A stretch of 64,000 nt of DNA, taken from NCBI GenBank assembly GCA_033763455.1, contig JANRKO010000016.1:54772-118771 (forward strand), in the 5' to 3' direction. The notes under the pieces were generated by a model. The model was not told the origin of the DNA and ran no database searches. It was given only the letters and a program-made list of their open reading frames with translations. This DNA is from Polyangiaceae bacterium (GTDB lineage Bacteria > Myxococcota_A > Polyangia > Polyangiales > Polyangiaceae). Of this stretch, positions 1 to 9,914 are shown in pieces (positions within the stretch are counted from its first letter, which is position 1; each line of letters begins with the position of its first letter). The translations under genes and the position numbers were made by a program.

Positions 1-1144
<1,144 letters not shown>

Positions 1145-1227
1145 GCCCGGAAGCTAGCATGGCCGCGCTCGGTACGAAGCTCGAAAACAGGTGGCCCGCC
1201 CGGCGCGCCTGGCGTATTTGCATCGCA

Positions 1228-2127
1228 ATGCAGGCGCTCGCCTTTGGTACACCGCGCAAGCTCCCGCGCGCTTCAGAACTTACGGGGCGTGTGGTGGTGC
1301 TAGATATCGCTTTTGCGGGCAGCGGCAGTGGGGGTGGCTTCGATAAAGTGACCCTGCCACTCATAGAGGCGCTCGGGCCACGCCTGATTGCCTGGGTGGA
1401 CCACCACGACCACGATGAGCACGCCCGCTACGCGGCCGATCCGCGCTTCGTATTGGCGACCAAAGCCCAGCATGGTGCTTGCCCGGAAATGATCAGCCCC
1501 GAACTCGTGCAGCTCTTGGGCGCCGGAGATACCATTCTTTGCCACTCCGATTTCGACGGCCTTGCGAGTGCCGCCAAGTGGATCCGCGGCGGCGTTGAGC
1601 CCTATCCTGGCTGCGACGACGATGCTCGCGCCGTCGACACACGTATGGGTGTTCCGAGCCCGCTCGGCTCAACACTCGATCAGGCTCTGCGCGCACGTCC
1701 TCGCGACGCGGCGCTGTTTGGGATCGTGGTTCGGCATTTGGCCTCCGGCCTCTCCGATCCAAGCCTTTGGAGCGTGATCCAAGAGGCGGCGAGCGAGCTT
1801 TTGCCGATCGAAAAGGAAACACGCCGTGCGGCTCAAAGCTACATTCGGGTCGATCCGGGCGTGGCGTATGTGGATGTTACCGGAGGCTACGGCAAGCTGG
1901 ACAAAACGCTGCTTCTGCTCTTGGGCCAGGAGCGCGAGCCCGTGAGCGTAGTGGTCGATCGCGATAACGTGAGTATTGCGGCGCGTTTCGATAGCGGAAA
2001 AGACTTTGTGAAGCTCTTCGGGCTTTCTGGTGGAATGCCTACACGCGTTTCCTTGCCAAGAAAAAAGCTTGAGGAAGTATTCGCTGCTCTTGGCGTGGCG
2101 CCGGGGGCTCTTCGTCTTTCTACTTGA
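1228..2127 (+). CDS. DHH-superfamily phosphoesterase-like protein (permuted motif order)
   Basis: VVLDIAF, WVDHH, CHSDFDG, AVDT motifs and C-terminal SGG (DHHA1-like). ATG 1228 preferred because the ORF-track start at 1135 overlaps purC. Confidence 0.75.
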   Translation: MQALAFGTPRKLPRASELTGRVVVLDIAFAGSGSGGGFDKVTLPLIEALGPRLIAWVDHHDHDEHARYAADPRFVLATKAQHGACPEMISPELVQLLGAGDTILCHSDFDGLASAAKWIRGGVEPYPGCDDDARAVDTRMGVPSPLGSTLDQALRARPRDAALFGIVVRHLASGLSDPSLWSVIQEAASELLPIEKETRRAAQSYIRVDPGVAYVDVTGGYGKLDKTLLLLLGQEREPVSVVVDRDNVSIAARFDSGKDFVKLFGLSGGMPTRVSLPRKKLEEVFAALGVAPGALRLST

Positions 2128-2141
2128 TCAGAGAGGCACGT

Positions 2142-4607
2142 ATGCTCAAAGTCTCGATCCATTTCCGTCGCGCTTTTTCCGCGTTGTTGTTCGCGGCTTC
2201 TCTCATCGGAAGCTCCAGTGCGCACGCCGCCCTCAAAGTCCAGGTGGCTACCCCCGGCACGGGTGGCCAAGCCATCCTTGCGGTTGGGTTCGATAAAGCC
2301 GGCCAGCTTTTCGAGAATGTGTGCCTGACGCGCCCCTGCGCGGCCGAGAAAGGCCAAATTGTGGCCCTCCCCGAAAGCGTCGCAAAACGCGCCGAATCCG
2401 CCGAAATCCGGCTCATACCCATCGGCCTTATGCGCCACGCGATCTGGATCCGAGTGGCCGAAGAGAAGGGTGATCGCTCGTATCATTGGTTGGCCACGGC
2501 GCCACTTCGCACACCGACCCCGGACAATACGCCCCAGCAAGTGAAAGTCCTTTTTTCGGATTGGACCGACGGCAACTCCAAGGCTCCGATTCAAACTTCC
2601 CTCACGCTCTTGGCAGCCGACAAACAAGGCAACCGCAGCCTCTTGCTCGCGACGGAGCAAAGCGATCGCTCACTCTGCGGCCGCCGGTTACCTCTACAGC
2701 CCAAGGTGTTGGATCCCGAGAGCCTCAGTTTTCTGCCAGCCCGAGTTCCGGTGCTCGGCCAGAAGGAGCGCACGTCCGCGGTGTTGGTGCAAGCTCTAGC
2801 CGGGGCACCCGAGGGCGTGACGCTTCCGCTCGAAGCTGTGGAGGCAAGCAGTGGCGAGTTGCCAAACACAAAGGAAAAAGCCTGGTTTGAGGATCGAAAG
2901 GGCGACGGTTCGGGCGAATATCTGATGTTTCGGGCTCCGGCCGTTCCGCTCACCGGCCTCGCCTTCGCCCTGCCTCCGAGTGGAGGTCCCCGGGTTGGGC
3001 CGGGGGCATTCTGGGTTGCAAGCGCCGGGCAACTTCTACGAGTGGAGCTGCCGAAAGCCGTGCAGGCAAGCGCTGTTGCATTGCCGTTTCAGGTTTCCTT
3101 TCCAGCGCCTATCTCCGGGGAGTGTTTGGCCATAGTGCTTGATCGCACTGAAACCGCGAGCGAGACGAGCGAAGTGGGGTTTGTTGCTCTCACGGCGCAG
3201 GCCGAGGGCCTGCCGTCATTGAGCGAGCTTGTCGCTGACCTCGGCAAAGCTCCTGAAGCGCAAGCGAAGGCGGTTAATCTACTGAGTGCTTTGGGCACCC
3301 CCGCCCTAACACATTTGACCGCCGAGCTCGGGAAGCTCAACGATGCCCAACTCTCCGCCGCAGGGGATGTATTGGCGCGCTTCTCCTGCGCCGAAGCCGG
3401 CCTTCCGCTCGCAAAGCTGCTTGGAAGCGCGTCCAGTGTCGCTCGCGAACGCGCCCGCGCTCGCCTCGATATGTGCGGAAAAGCGGCAGCTTTGGGCCTA
3501 GCACAGGCGTTTTCAGAGGCCACTTCGCCCGAGGCTCGGGCCCCGATCGCACTTGAGCTCGCCCAAGCCGATCCCGAAGCAGCGGTTGCCGCAATCGGAC
3601 CACACCTCCTTGGAAACGTCGATACCCGCCAGGCGCTGCGCACAGCTTTTGCGCGAGCGGCAAGAGCTCCGAGCTCTGGGGCGGCCGTAAGGCGCTTGCT
3701 CGCACAGCCGGATTTATCGCCGAGCATCAGCCTCGAACTTTTGCGCGCACTTGGCCCGCTCCTTCCCACGTTCCTACCCGAGGCAGGCCAGGCCTACACC
3801 CGCGCGCGTAACAATTCGGCTGATTTTTCGACTCGCTTTCTACTGCTTGAACCCGCAGGATACTTAGAAGCAACTTTCCCGCTCGCCAACGCTGACCTCA
3901 AATTCGCCATCAATCAACGAGAGGATTGGCGTTTGCGCGCTCAGGCAGCAGCCTCGATCCGTGCCATCCAGCGCTTCGAGCCATCCCTCTTGAGTCTCGC
4001 GGGAGACACCCATGTGCGCGTGCGTGAGGCTGCACTCGGTGTGCTGGCAGATAAGAAAGCCTCCTTTGCCGAGCCTGCGTTAGCCGAGCTGCTCCACGAA
4101 GATCCGTGGCCCTTAGTGCGTTCCGGCGCGGCCCGCGCGCTCAGCCTGTTACCTGGGCGCGGCATAGCCGACGAAGCCCTAACTCGCGCGCTTCGCGACG
4201 ATTCGGTGCAAGTTCGCGCACGTGCTGCCGAAGCGCTTGGCGCCCGCCGAACACCGCAGGCCACAGAGCCGCTCATCGCGCACATGAACGATCCCGAAGA
4301 GGCACTCGACGTTCGAGTGGCAGCAGCCAGCGCACTCGGGGAAATGTGTGCCACCTCCGCCCTCCAAACACTCACCCAACGTGCTCTTGAGTTGACCGAC
4401 CTCACGGCACCTTCGGACGCGCAGCTGCTTGGTCGCGCCGCCCTCCGGGCCGTAGTTCGCCTCAATCCAGCAGACCTCAAAGCTCGCCTCAGCCCACTTC
4501 TAGCCAAGCCAACGCCGGCCGCAGTTAGAGCTGCAACAAGCCGAGCGCTTTCGGCCACGTTGCCGCGCTGCGCCGCAGGAGCAGGCGCGCCGAAGACGGC
4601 CCCCTGA
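2142..4607 (+). CDS. Secreted HEAT-repeat protein
   Basis: Signal peptide ending AHA; C-terminal HEAT/PBS-lyase repeats (DTHVRVREAALGVL, DPWPLVRSGAARAL, DSVQVRARAAEALG); GAGAGG before ATG 2142. Confidence 0.8.
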   Translation: MLKVSIHFRRAFSALLFAASLIGSSSAHAALKVQVATPGTGGQAILAVGFDKAGQLFENVCLTRPCAAEKGQIVALPESVAKRAESAEIRLIPIGLMRHAIWIRVAEEKGDRSYHWLATAPLRTPTPDNTPQQVKVLFSDWTDGNSKAPIQTSLTLLAADKQGNRSLLLATEQSDRSLCGRRLPLQPKVLDPESLSFLPARVPVLGQKERTSAVLVQALAGAPEGVTLPLEAVEASSGELPNTKEKAWFEDRKGDGSGEYLMFRAPAVPLTGLAFALPPSGGPRVGPGAFWVASAGQLLRVELPKAVQASAVALPFQVSFPAPISGECLAIVLDRTETASETSEVGFVALTAQAEGLPSLSELVADLGKAPEAQAKAVNLLSALGTPALTHLTAELGKLNDAQLSAAGDVLARFSCAEAGLPLAKLLGSASSVARERARARLDMCGKAAALGLAQAFSEATSPEARAPIALELAQADPEAAVAAIGPHLLGNVDTRQALRTAFARAARAPSSGAAVRRLLAQPDLSPSISLELLRALGPLLPTFLPEAGQAYTRARNNSADFSTRFLLLEPAGYLEATFPLANADLKFAINQREDWRLRAQAAASIRAIQRFEPSLLSLAGDTHVRVREAALGVLADKKASFAEPALAELLHEDPWPLVRSGAARALSLLPGRGIADEALTRALRDDSVQVRARAAEALGARRTPQATEPLIAHMNDPEEALDVRVAAASALGEMCATSALQTLTQRALELTDLTAPSDAQLLGRAALRAVVRLNPADLKARLSPLLAKPTPAAVRAATSRALSATLPRCAAGAGAPKTAP

Positions 4608-4640
4608 CTTACCGAACCCAAAGTGGTACGAGGCCTCGTT

Positions 4641-5696
4641 ATGAAAAAGGGCAAGATTCTGGTTACGGGGGCGTCGGGGTTCGTTGGAGCCACCCTGGTC
4701 CGAAAGCTGATTGAAAGCGGGGAACACGTGCGGGGCTTTGTCCGCGCAGGCTCCGATCTTAGGCCGTTTGCCGATCTACCTGCCTCACACTTTGAACTGG
4801 CGTATGGGGATATCACGGTCGATCATACGGTGTTTCGCGCGTTGTACGGTTGCAACCGCTTGTTTCACGTCGCCACGAGTTATCAGTGGGGAGCACGCCA
4901 CCCAAAAGAGGTAATGACCTCGGCCGTACTCGGAACCCAGGCAGTGCTGGAAGCGGCACGCCGACAAAAGCTCGACAAAACGGTCGTAACGAGTTCATAC
5001 GGCGCCTTGGGTATCTCCACCTCACAAGAACCTATGGATGAAGGCCACGAATTCAATCTTAACGATCCCGAAGTCTACGTAGAAGCAAAACGCCGAGCGT
5101 TAGAGGTCGCGCTTGAAGCCGCGCACCGAGGTCAGCCCGTTACGATGGTATTGCCTGGCTCAATTGTGGGCCCTGGTGATCGCAAGCCAACGCCCACTGG
5201 CCGCTGCATTCTGGCCTATCTGCGCACTTCTCCTGGCGTTCAGGTGAGCGTGCCCGAAGGCGGTTTGAACATCGTTGACGTCGAAGACGTAGCCAATGGC
5301 CATATTCTGGCGATGGCCAAAGGGAAACCCGGCGAAACATACCTTCTCGGCGGTCAAGATCTCACGTTCGCAGAACTTGTGAGCACACTGAGCGACGTCA
5401 CGGGCCTGGCCTCTGGCAAGCCCGGAATGAGTGCTTCCACCGCGCGCTTTCTCGGAGGGTTGCTCGCACTCTATAGCCGCCTGAAGGGTGAGGAGCCGCT
5501 GGTCACGCCAAAACTACTGAAGGGCTACACCTCGGGCTACGCCTGGATTGACAGTCAAAAGGCCGAACGCGAGCTCGGCTACCAGCACCGATCGGCGCGC
5601 CTTGCTTTGGGTCGCGCTGTCGCTTGGTTTCTCGATCAAGGTTACGTTCCGGATCGGTTCGCAACACGCATCCGGCTGGAACTCCGCAGCGCATGA
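4641..5696 (+). CDS. NAD-dependent epimerase/dehydratase (extended SDR, HpnA/dihydroflavonol reductase-like)
   Basis: ILVTGASGFVG Rossmann motif, YxxxK (YVEAK), VGPGD.KPTPTG, VDVEDVA.GH. Confidence 0.9.
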   Translation: MKKGKILVTGASGFVGATLVRKLIESGEHVRGFVRAGSDLRPFADLPASHFELAYGDITVDHTVFRALYGCNRLFHVATSYQWGARHPKEVMTSAVLGTQAVLEAARRQKLDKTVVTSSYGALGISTSQEPMDEGHEFNLNDPEVYVEAKRRALEVALEAAHRGQPVTMVLPGSIVGPGDRKPTPTGRCILAYLRTSPGVQVSVPEGGLNIVDVEDVANGHILAMAKGKPGETYLLGGQDLTFAELVSTLSDVTGLASGKPGMSASTARFLGGLLALYSRLKGEEPLVTPKLLKGYTSGYAWIDSQKAERELGYQHRSARLALGRAVAWFLDQGYVPDRFATRIRLELRSA

Positions 5697-6439
5697 ATCC
5701 TCAAAGCCCAGCACTCAGTGCGGCTTCGAACGAGCCAAAAAGCGCCGCCAAGCGCACGGAATGGGGCTTTGTGTGGGGCCTTTTGGCAGCCATTTTGCTC
5801 GGCGCGGCTTCGGCCCTTTCTTCCGCGGAGCCGGGGGCTAAAGGCCTCTTACCGCTCAGCATCTTGGCGGCTGCCTCCTTCATGATGCCCCTGTGTTGGG
5901 CGCTTCAGGTTCTCACCCTCTCTCGCAACGTGCTACTTTGGCTCGTGAGCACGTTCTTAAATAGCGCCTGGATGCTCACACTCTTCGGGGCCTGGCTCTC
6001 GCAGAGAACTCATCATCGCCCGCTGGGTGGGGCAACTTTCGCAGTCCTCGGGTCCCTCATGATTCTTTCCTCGGCCGTGCTCTCGGGGCGTGCTGTGAGC
6101 TTGAAGGGCAGTGGCGATGGCAAAGCGCGGTGGCTGGGTAACGGGCTCTTCCTTATGTTGCTTATAACGGGGGGATTGGGCACACTTTTGGTTGTTGGCA
6201 GAGCCGTGCAGGCCGACGCGAGTGCTATCCGGCACGTCGTGGAAGTACTCGGCGTCGTGGTCGCGGCCTCTTTCTGTGCCCGTGCCAGCGGCCCTAAGAA
6301 GCTATCCTTGCCTCGCTCGGTGGGCCCATGGGCATGGGTGGTTGTTGGGGTGTGCACAGCCTACGCGGCGGTTCAGTATCCTGAAGCCGCCCAACAAGTG
6401 TCACCCGTACTTTCCGGCTTCGTGCCGTTGTTCCGCTGA
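5693..6439 (+). CDS. Hypothetical polytopic membrane protein
   Basis: About 7 hydrophobic segments; ATGA overlap with the upstream stop codon. Confidence 0.7.
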   Translation: MNPQSPALSAASNEPKSAAKRTEWGFVWGLLAAILLGAASALSSAEPGAKGLLPLSILAAASFMMPLCWALQVLTLSRNVLLWLVSTFLNSAWMLTLFGAWLSQRTHHRPLGGATFAVLGSLMILSSAVLSGRAVSLKGSGDGKARWLGNGLFLMLLITGGLGTLLVVGRAVQADASAIRHVVEVLGVVVAASFCARASGPKKLSLPRSVGPWAWVVVGVCTAYAAVQYPEAAQQVSPVLSGFVPLFR

Positions 6440-6537
6440 AGCGCGATCAGTGCGGCTTCCGGAATCGACACCGGTGCCACGATTTTTTAATCCAAGGGGG
6501 GCGACGCCCGGCCCAACCATCGCCATATTAGTCTTCC

Positions 6538-7821
6538 ATGCGCCGAACCCCTCCGTGGCCTTTAGCACGTCGACTTAACGGTCGAGGGCAAGCAAAACGC
6601 CCCGTGTGGGCACCCTGGGGGCGCTTCGCGCACTGGTTAGCGGCGCTGCTGATTGGTCTAACATTAGCGTCGTCGGCCCGCGCCGAGGTCCCTATTGCAG
6701 CTGTTCCTTCAGCGCCCAGTGCGACAAGTCCTGAGCCTGCTGGGCGCCTAGAAGGACCCAGATCGGAGCATCCAGGGGACGCACCGCGCCTCAACACCCG
6801 GGTTGCGAAGTTTAGTGTCCCCAAAGGCTTCAGCACATTCGACGGCCGGTGGATCAAGTTCGCGTACCACCCTTCTCTGCAAGCGCGCGTTAATGAGCTC
6901 ATTGCCCAAGCCAACGCCGTACGCGCGGAGCTCACCGAACGCCTCGGTGTGCCGGTGTTATCCCAAGTGCGGGTGCACGTGGCGCGCACACCTGGCGAAA
7001 TGGAGCTGTTGGCACCCGAAGGTGCACCCTATCCGGAGTACGCTTCGGGCGTGGCTTATTCGGAGCTCGGGTTGGTGCTTCTCACGAACACTCCAGTTGA
7101 GCCCACCGAATACCACGATCTCGGCGAAGTCTTCCGGCATGAGTTGGCGCACGTTGCCCTATCGGACGCCGTGCAAGGCCGGGAGGTGCCTCGTTGGTTC
7201 AACGAGGGTTTCGCCGTCTTCAGCTCCGGGGAAAGCTCATTCGTGCGTCTGCACACCCTGTGGATGGCGAGCCTTTCGGGGCGCCTCATGCCGCTTTCCA
7301 AGCTAGTGCGTACGTTCCCGGCAGATGCCGCCACAGCTTCGGTGGCATACGCACAGGCCGCCGATTTTGTGCGCTTCATGGTGCGGCGTGAAGATCGCCA
7401 TCGTTTCTCCGGCCTGGTGCGGCGCTTGAATGAAGGCGTCAGCTTTGGGCAGGCGGTTAACGACTCATACGGCGCACCACTGGAAACCATCGAGCTTGAG
7501 TGGAACGAAGACGTCAGCAAGCGCTACACATTCTGGCCTGTATTGCTGGGCGGAAGCACGCTGTGGGTCGCTCTTCTCGGGTTGTTTTTCTGGGGGTATC
7601 GGCGCAAACGCAAAGAAAGCAAACTAACGCTTGCACGCTGGGCCAAAGAAGAAGCTTTGCACGACGAGCTAGAGCGCTTCAGAGCCGCTTCCCGAGTACA
7701 CATCGTGCTCGACCCTCGCGCGGCCGCGGGAGCTCCCACTCGTCCCGACCAGTTCCCGCCCAAGAAAGAACACGAAGTGCCCAAAGTGGAGCACGACGGC
7801 GGCTGGCACACGCTTCACTGA
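6538..7821 (+). CDS. Peptidase MA-like (gluzincin) metallopeptidase, membrane-anchored
   Basis: FRHELAH followed by PRWFNEG.A; N-terminal signal peptide; C-terminal TM followed by RRKRK. Confidence 0.85.
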   Translation: MRRTPPWPLARRLNGRGQAKRPVWAPWGRFAHWLAALLIGLTLASSARAEVPIAAVPSAPSATSPEPAGRLEGPRSEHPGDAPRLNTRVAKFSVPKGFSTFDGRWIKFAYHPSLQARVNELIAQANAVRAELTERLGVPVLSQVRVHVARTPGEMELLAPEGAPYPEYASGVAYSELGLVLLTNTPVEPTEYHDLGEVFRHELAHVALSDAVQGREVPRWFNEGFAVFSSGESSFVRLHTLWMASLSGRLMPLSKLVRTFPADAATASVAYAQAADFVRFMVRREDRHRFSGLVRRLNEGVSFGQAVNDSYGAPLETIELEWNEDVSKRYTFWPVLLGGSTLWVALLGLFFWGYRRKRKESKLTLARWAKEEALHDELERFRAASRVHIVLDPRAAAGAPTRPDQFPPKKEHEVPKVEHDGGWHTLH

Positions 7822-7996
7822 GGGGCCGCTCGCTCCCCCCTGTAACGTGGAGTCGCGCGGTGCTCGGCCACTTTGCCACCTGTGCCAGGTGTGCCAACGA
7901 TGCGTCTGCACCTGCCGCAACCAAGCCTCCAGCAGACCCTAAGTCGTGCCGCACGAACAGAGAAAACCGGCTAATTTCGCTTCGGAACACGCCAGC

Positions 7997-8012
7997 TGGC
8001 ACAGATTGTGCT
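7997..8012 (+). promoter_or_regulatory. Putative sigma-54 promoter (-24/-12)
   Basis: TGGCACAGATTGTGCT fits GG-N10-GC; 12 nt upstream of ATG 8025. Confidence 0.6.
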
Positions 8013-8024
8013 CGCACTACGGGC

Positions 8025-8672
8025 ATGACGCGCGTTCGTTCAATCGTTCTACTCACTTCCCCTGCACTGATGGCCCTCACCGGTTGCTCCGGTGGCATCA
8101 CCGAGCCGATCGAGGGCAACGCGAGCGGTGGCACGGCGCCAATCAGCATGGTCAGCGTCTTCCCCACCGGTGGCACGGGAGGCGGAATAACCGGCCTCGA
8201 CTATGAGTGCCTCGGTGGGATGATCTGCCGCGACGGCTCAATCTATGAACGACCATTCCTTAATTCGAAGGTACCCCTAGATTGCAACGCTCTGGCAAAA
8301 CTCAAAGCGCAGTGCGACTTTGGGTGTGATCCCAATACTGGCAATACCTGCGCGGCGTCTCCCATTGGCACCCAAACGGGCGGGGCAGCTGGGCTACTTT
8401 TTGAGTGCTTTGGCGGCTTCCAGTGTATCGACGGGCAGATCTACCAACGACCGCTTTCTGTGCGCGCAGGGCAGAGTTGCCAAGGTGTCGTGATCGAAAA
8501 GTGTGAGTTCGGCTGCCAGACCAACGGCGAATGGACGGGTCGTTTAACCGCGGGATGGGGCTGTGCGGGCGCGGGCGGGAGTGCAGGGGGTGCTGGAGGC
8601 GTCGCCGGTGCTGCAGGTGCTGCGGGCTTTGATGCCGGCCCCGCCGGTGGCGGTGCGGGTGGCGGTACGTGA
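8025..8672 (+). CDS. Lipoprotein with two 6-Cys repeat domains and Gly/Ala-rich tail
   Basis: Lipobox LTGC; repeats ECxGGxxCxDGxIYxRP...C...CxFGC...C. Confidence 0.75.
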   Translation: MTRVRSIVLLTSPALMALTGCSGGITEPIEGNASGGTAPISMVSVFPTGGTGGGITGLDYECLGGMICRDGSIYERPFLNSKVPLDCNALAKLKAQCDFGCDPNTGNTCAASPIGTQTGGAAGLLFECFGGFQCIDGQIYQRPLSVRAGQSCQGVVIEKCEFGCQTNGEWTGRLTAGWGCAGAGGSAGGAGGVAGAAGAAGFDAGPAGGGAGGGT

Positions 8673-8702
8673 CGGTCTGCCAACAAGCCGCCGACAGACA
8701 CC

Positions 8703-9002
8703 TCAGCCCTTCATGTGATCATTCTCAAGCCGGCGTGATTCGTCGATCAGCCGTTCGAATACTCCACGTACCGTCGCGTGATCGAGGGGCTCGGGTGCTA
8801 GAGAGCACAAGCGTTCCAACATTTCGCGCTCGCGCACCGGATCATACACGGGCAAGCCGCGCGCCCGCTTGTAGTCGCCGACGGCCAGCACGATGCGAAC
8901 TCGCTCCGCCACCAGCGCCAGGATCTGCTGATCTACCGCATCGATGCGCTCTCGCAGCGAAGTAATGTCGCTTTCGGCCTTCACCGGGCGGATGGTAATC
9001 AC
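8703..9002 (-). CDS. Monofunctional chorismate mutase (AroQ)
   Basis: LRERIDAVDQQILALVAER...VGDYK...PVYDPVRE signature. Confidence 0.92.
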   Translation of the reverse strand: MITIRPVKAESDITSLRERIDAVDQQILALVAERVRIVLAVGDYKRARGLPVYDPVREREMLERLCSLAPEPLDHATVRGVFERLIDESRRLENDHMKG

Positions 9003-9204
9003 GGCTGCGAAGGGACGTCACTAGGCCACGAGCCGCTCCGCGCGAAACGGCAAGAAGGCCTAGATTACGTCGGTCTTCGCTCGCGACCTCATGAGGTCCC
9101 GCTACCCGCCAAATCCTGTAGGAGCGCTGACCCCCCGTTGAGTCGGCAGCTATGACCCCCGAGGGGTTTGTGGCTTCGACTTTCTAGGCGTCGTTGAAAC
9201 CCAT

Positions 9205-9642
9205 TTATAGGGCGCGATAGCGCGCCAAGGTTTCCTTGTTCTCGAAGTAGAGGATCTGCCCGTCCTCGCGCTTTGCTATCACAGCGGTGGCCTTGTCGAC
9301 GTCCTTTCCACTGACAGGATCTTTTGCGACGCGAGCCGTTGCGTCGCGGGCAAGCCGACCCTTGCACATTTCGCAGCAGCCGAAGTAAGTTTTTCCCTCC
9401 ACGACGACTGGGATTTGTTTACGTCCCATGAACGTATTGTTGACCATGCAGACCTGGCTCACATCCTCGACGTGTGTGAGCTGGCTTGCTTTAACCGCCG
9501 CGTTGCTTGTGGCCGGGCGCGTCGGCTCTGCCGGTGCGGGCTGGCTTAGTTCCGCCTTCACAACGGGCGGCGCCTTACCACTGGGTTCGCCAGGATTGCA
9601 GGCTGCTAGGGCTGTGATGGTAACCATCAAAATGATTCGCAT
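9205..9642 (-). CDS. YHS/TRASH-domain metal-binding lipoprotein
   Basis: Lipobox LAAC; CMVNN...KTYFGCCEMC and DPVSG..VD...ILYFE repeats. Confidence 0.82.
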   Translation of the reverse strand: MRIILMVTITALAACNPGEPSGKAPPVVKAELSQPAPAEPTRPATSNAAVKASQLTHVEDVSQVCMVNNTFMGRKQIPVVVEGKTYFGCCEMCKGRLARDATARVAKDPVSGKDVDKATAVIAKREDGQILYFENKETLARYRAL

Positions 9643-9869
9643 GAGGAACCTCAGGGGATGTTATGGCAACACACGGGCGGAGTCCTAAGTGTAGGACACC
9701 TGCCATACTCGTCAACGCGGCCTTCGTTCGGGGGACGGAGGCTGTTCGTATTTTAGATTTCATGAGGCAAAAGGATTCCGAAGGGGTTTTGTCTACCAGA
9801 AAAGCGCCTTTGGGCCGTGCCATCCGGACCAACGCGGGTTCCCACGGAGTGCACCTTGGGCCGGTGGGC

Positions 9870-9896
9870 TGTAATAGATCGCTTCGCTGAGCGTCT
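9870..9896 (+). promoter_or_regulatory. Putative ECF sigma promoter upstream of copA
   Basis: TGTAAT-N16-CGTCT, followed by GAGG RBS and ATG 9915. Confidence 0.5.
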
Positions 9897-9914
9897 GCGA
9901 ACAGAGGAAACCCA

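Noticed and set aside
4861..4876. TGTTTCACGT half-match to parS
   Set aside because: The second arm (CGCCAC) does not match; coincidental LFHV codons.
7500..8024. N-terminal extension of the 390-aa ORF
   Set aside because: Overlaps the peptidase gene and the promoter; the lipoprotein signal begins at ATG 8025.
9085..9098. Perfect palindrome GACCTCATGAGGTC, and GTCCTA-N4-TAGGAC at 9682-9697
   Set aside because: Neither matches a CueR or CsoR operator I can recognise, no cognate regulator is nearby, and there is no partner repeat at the other end of the cluster.
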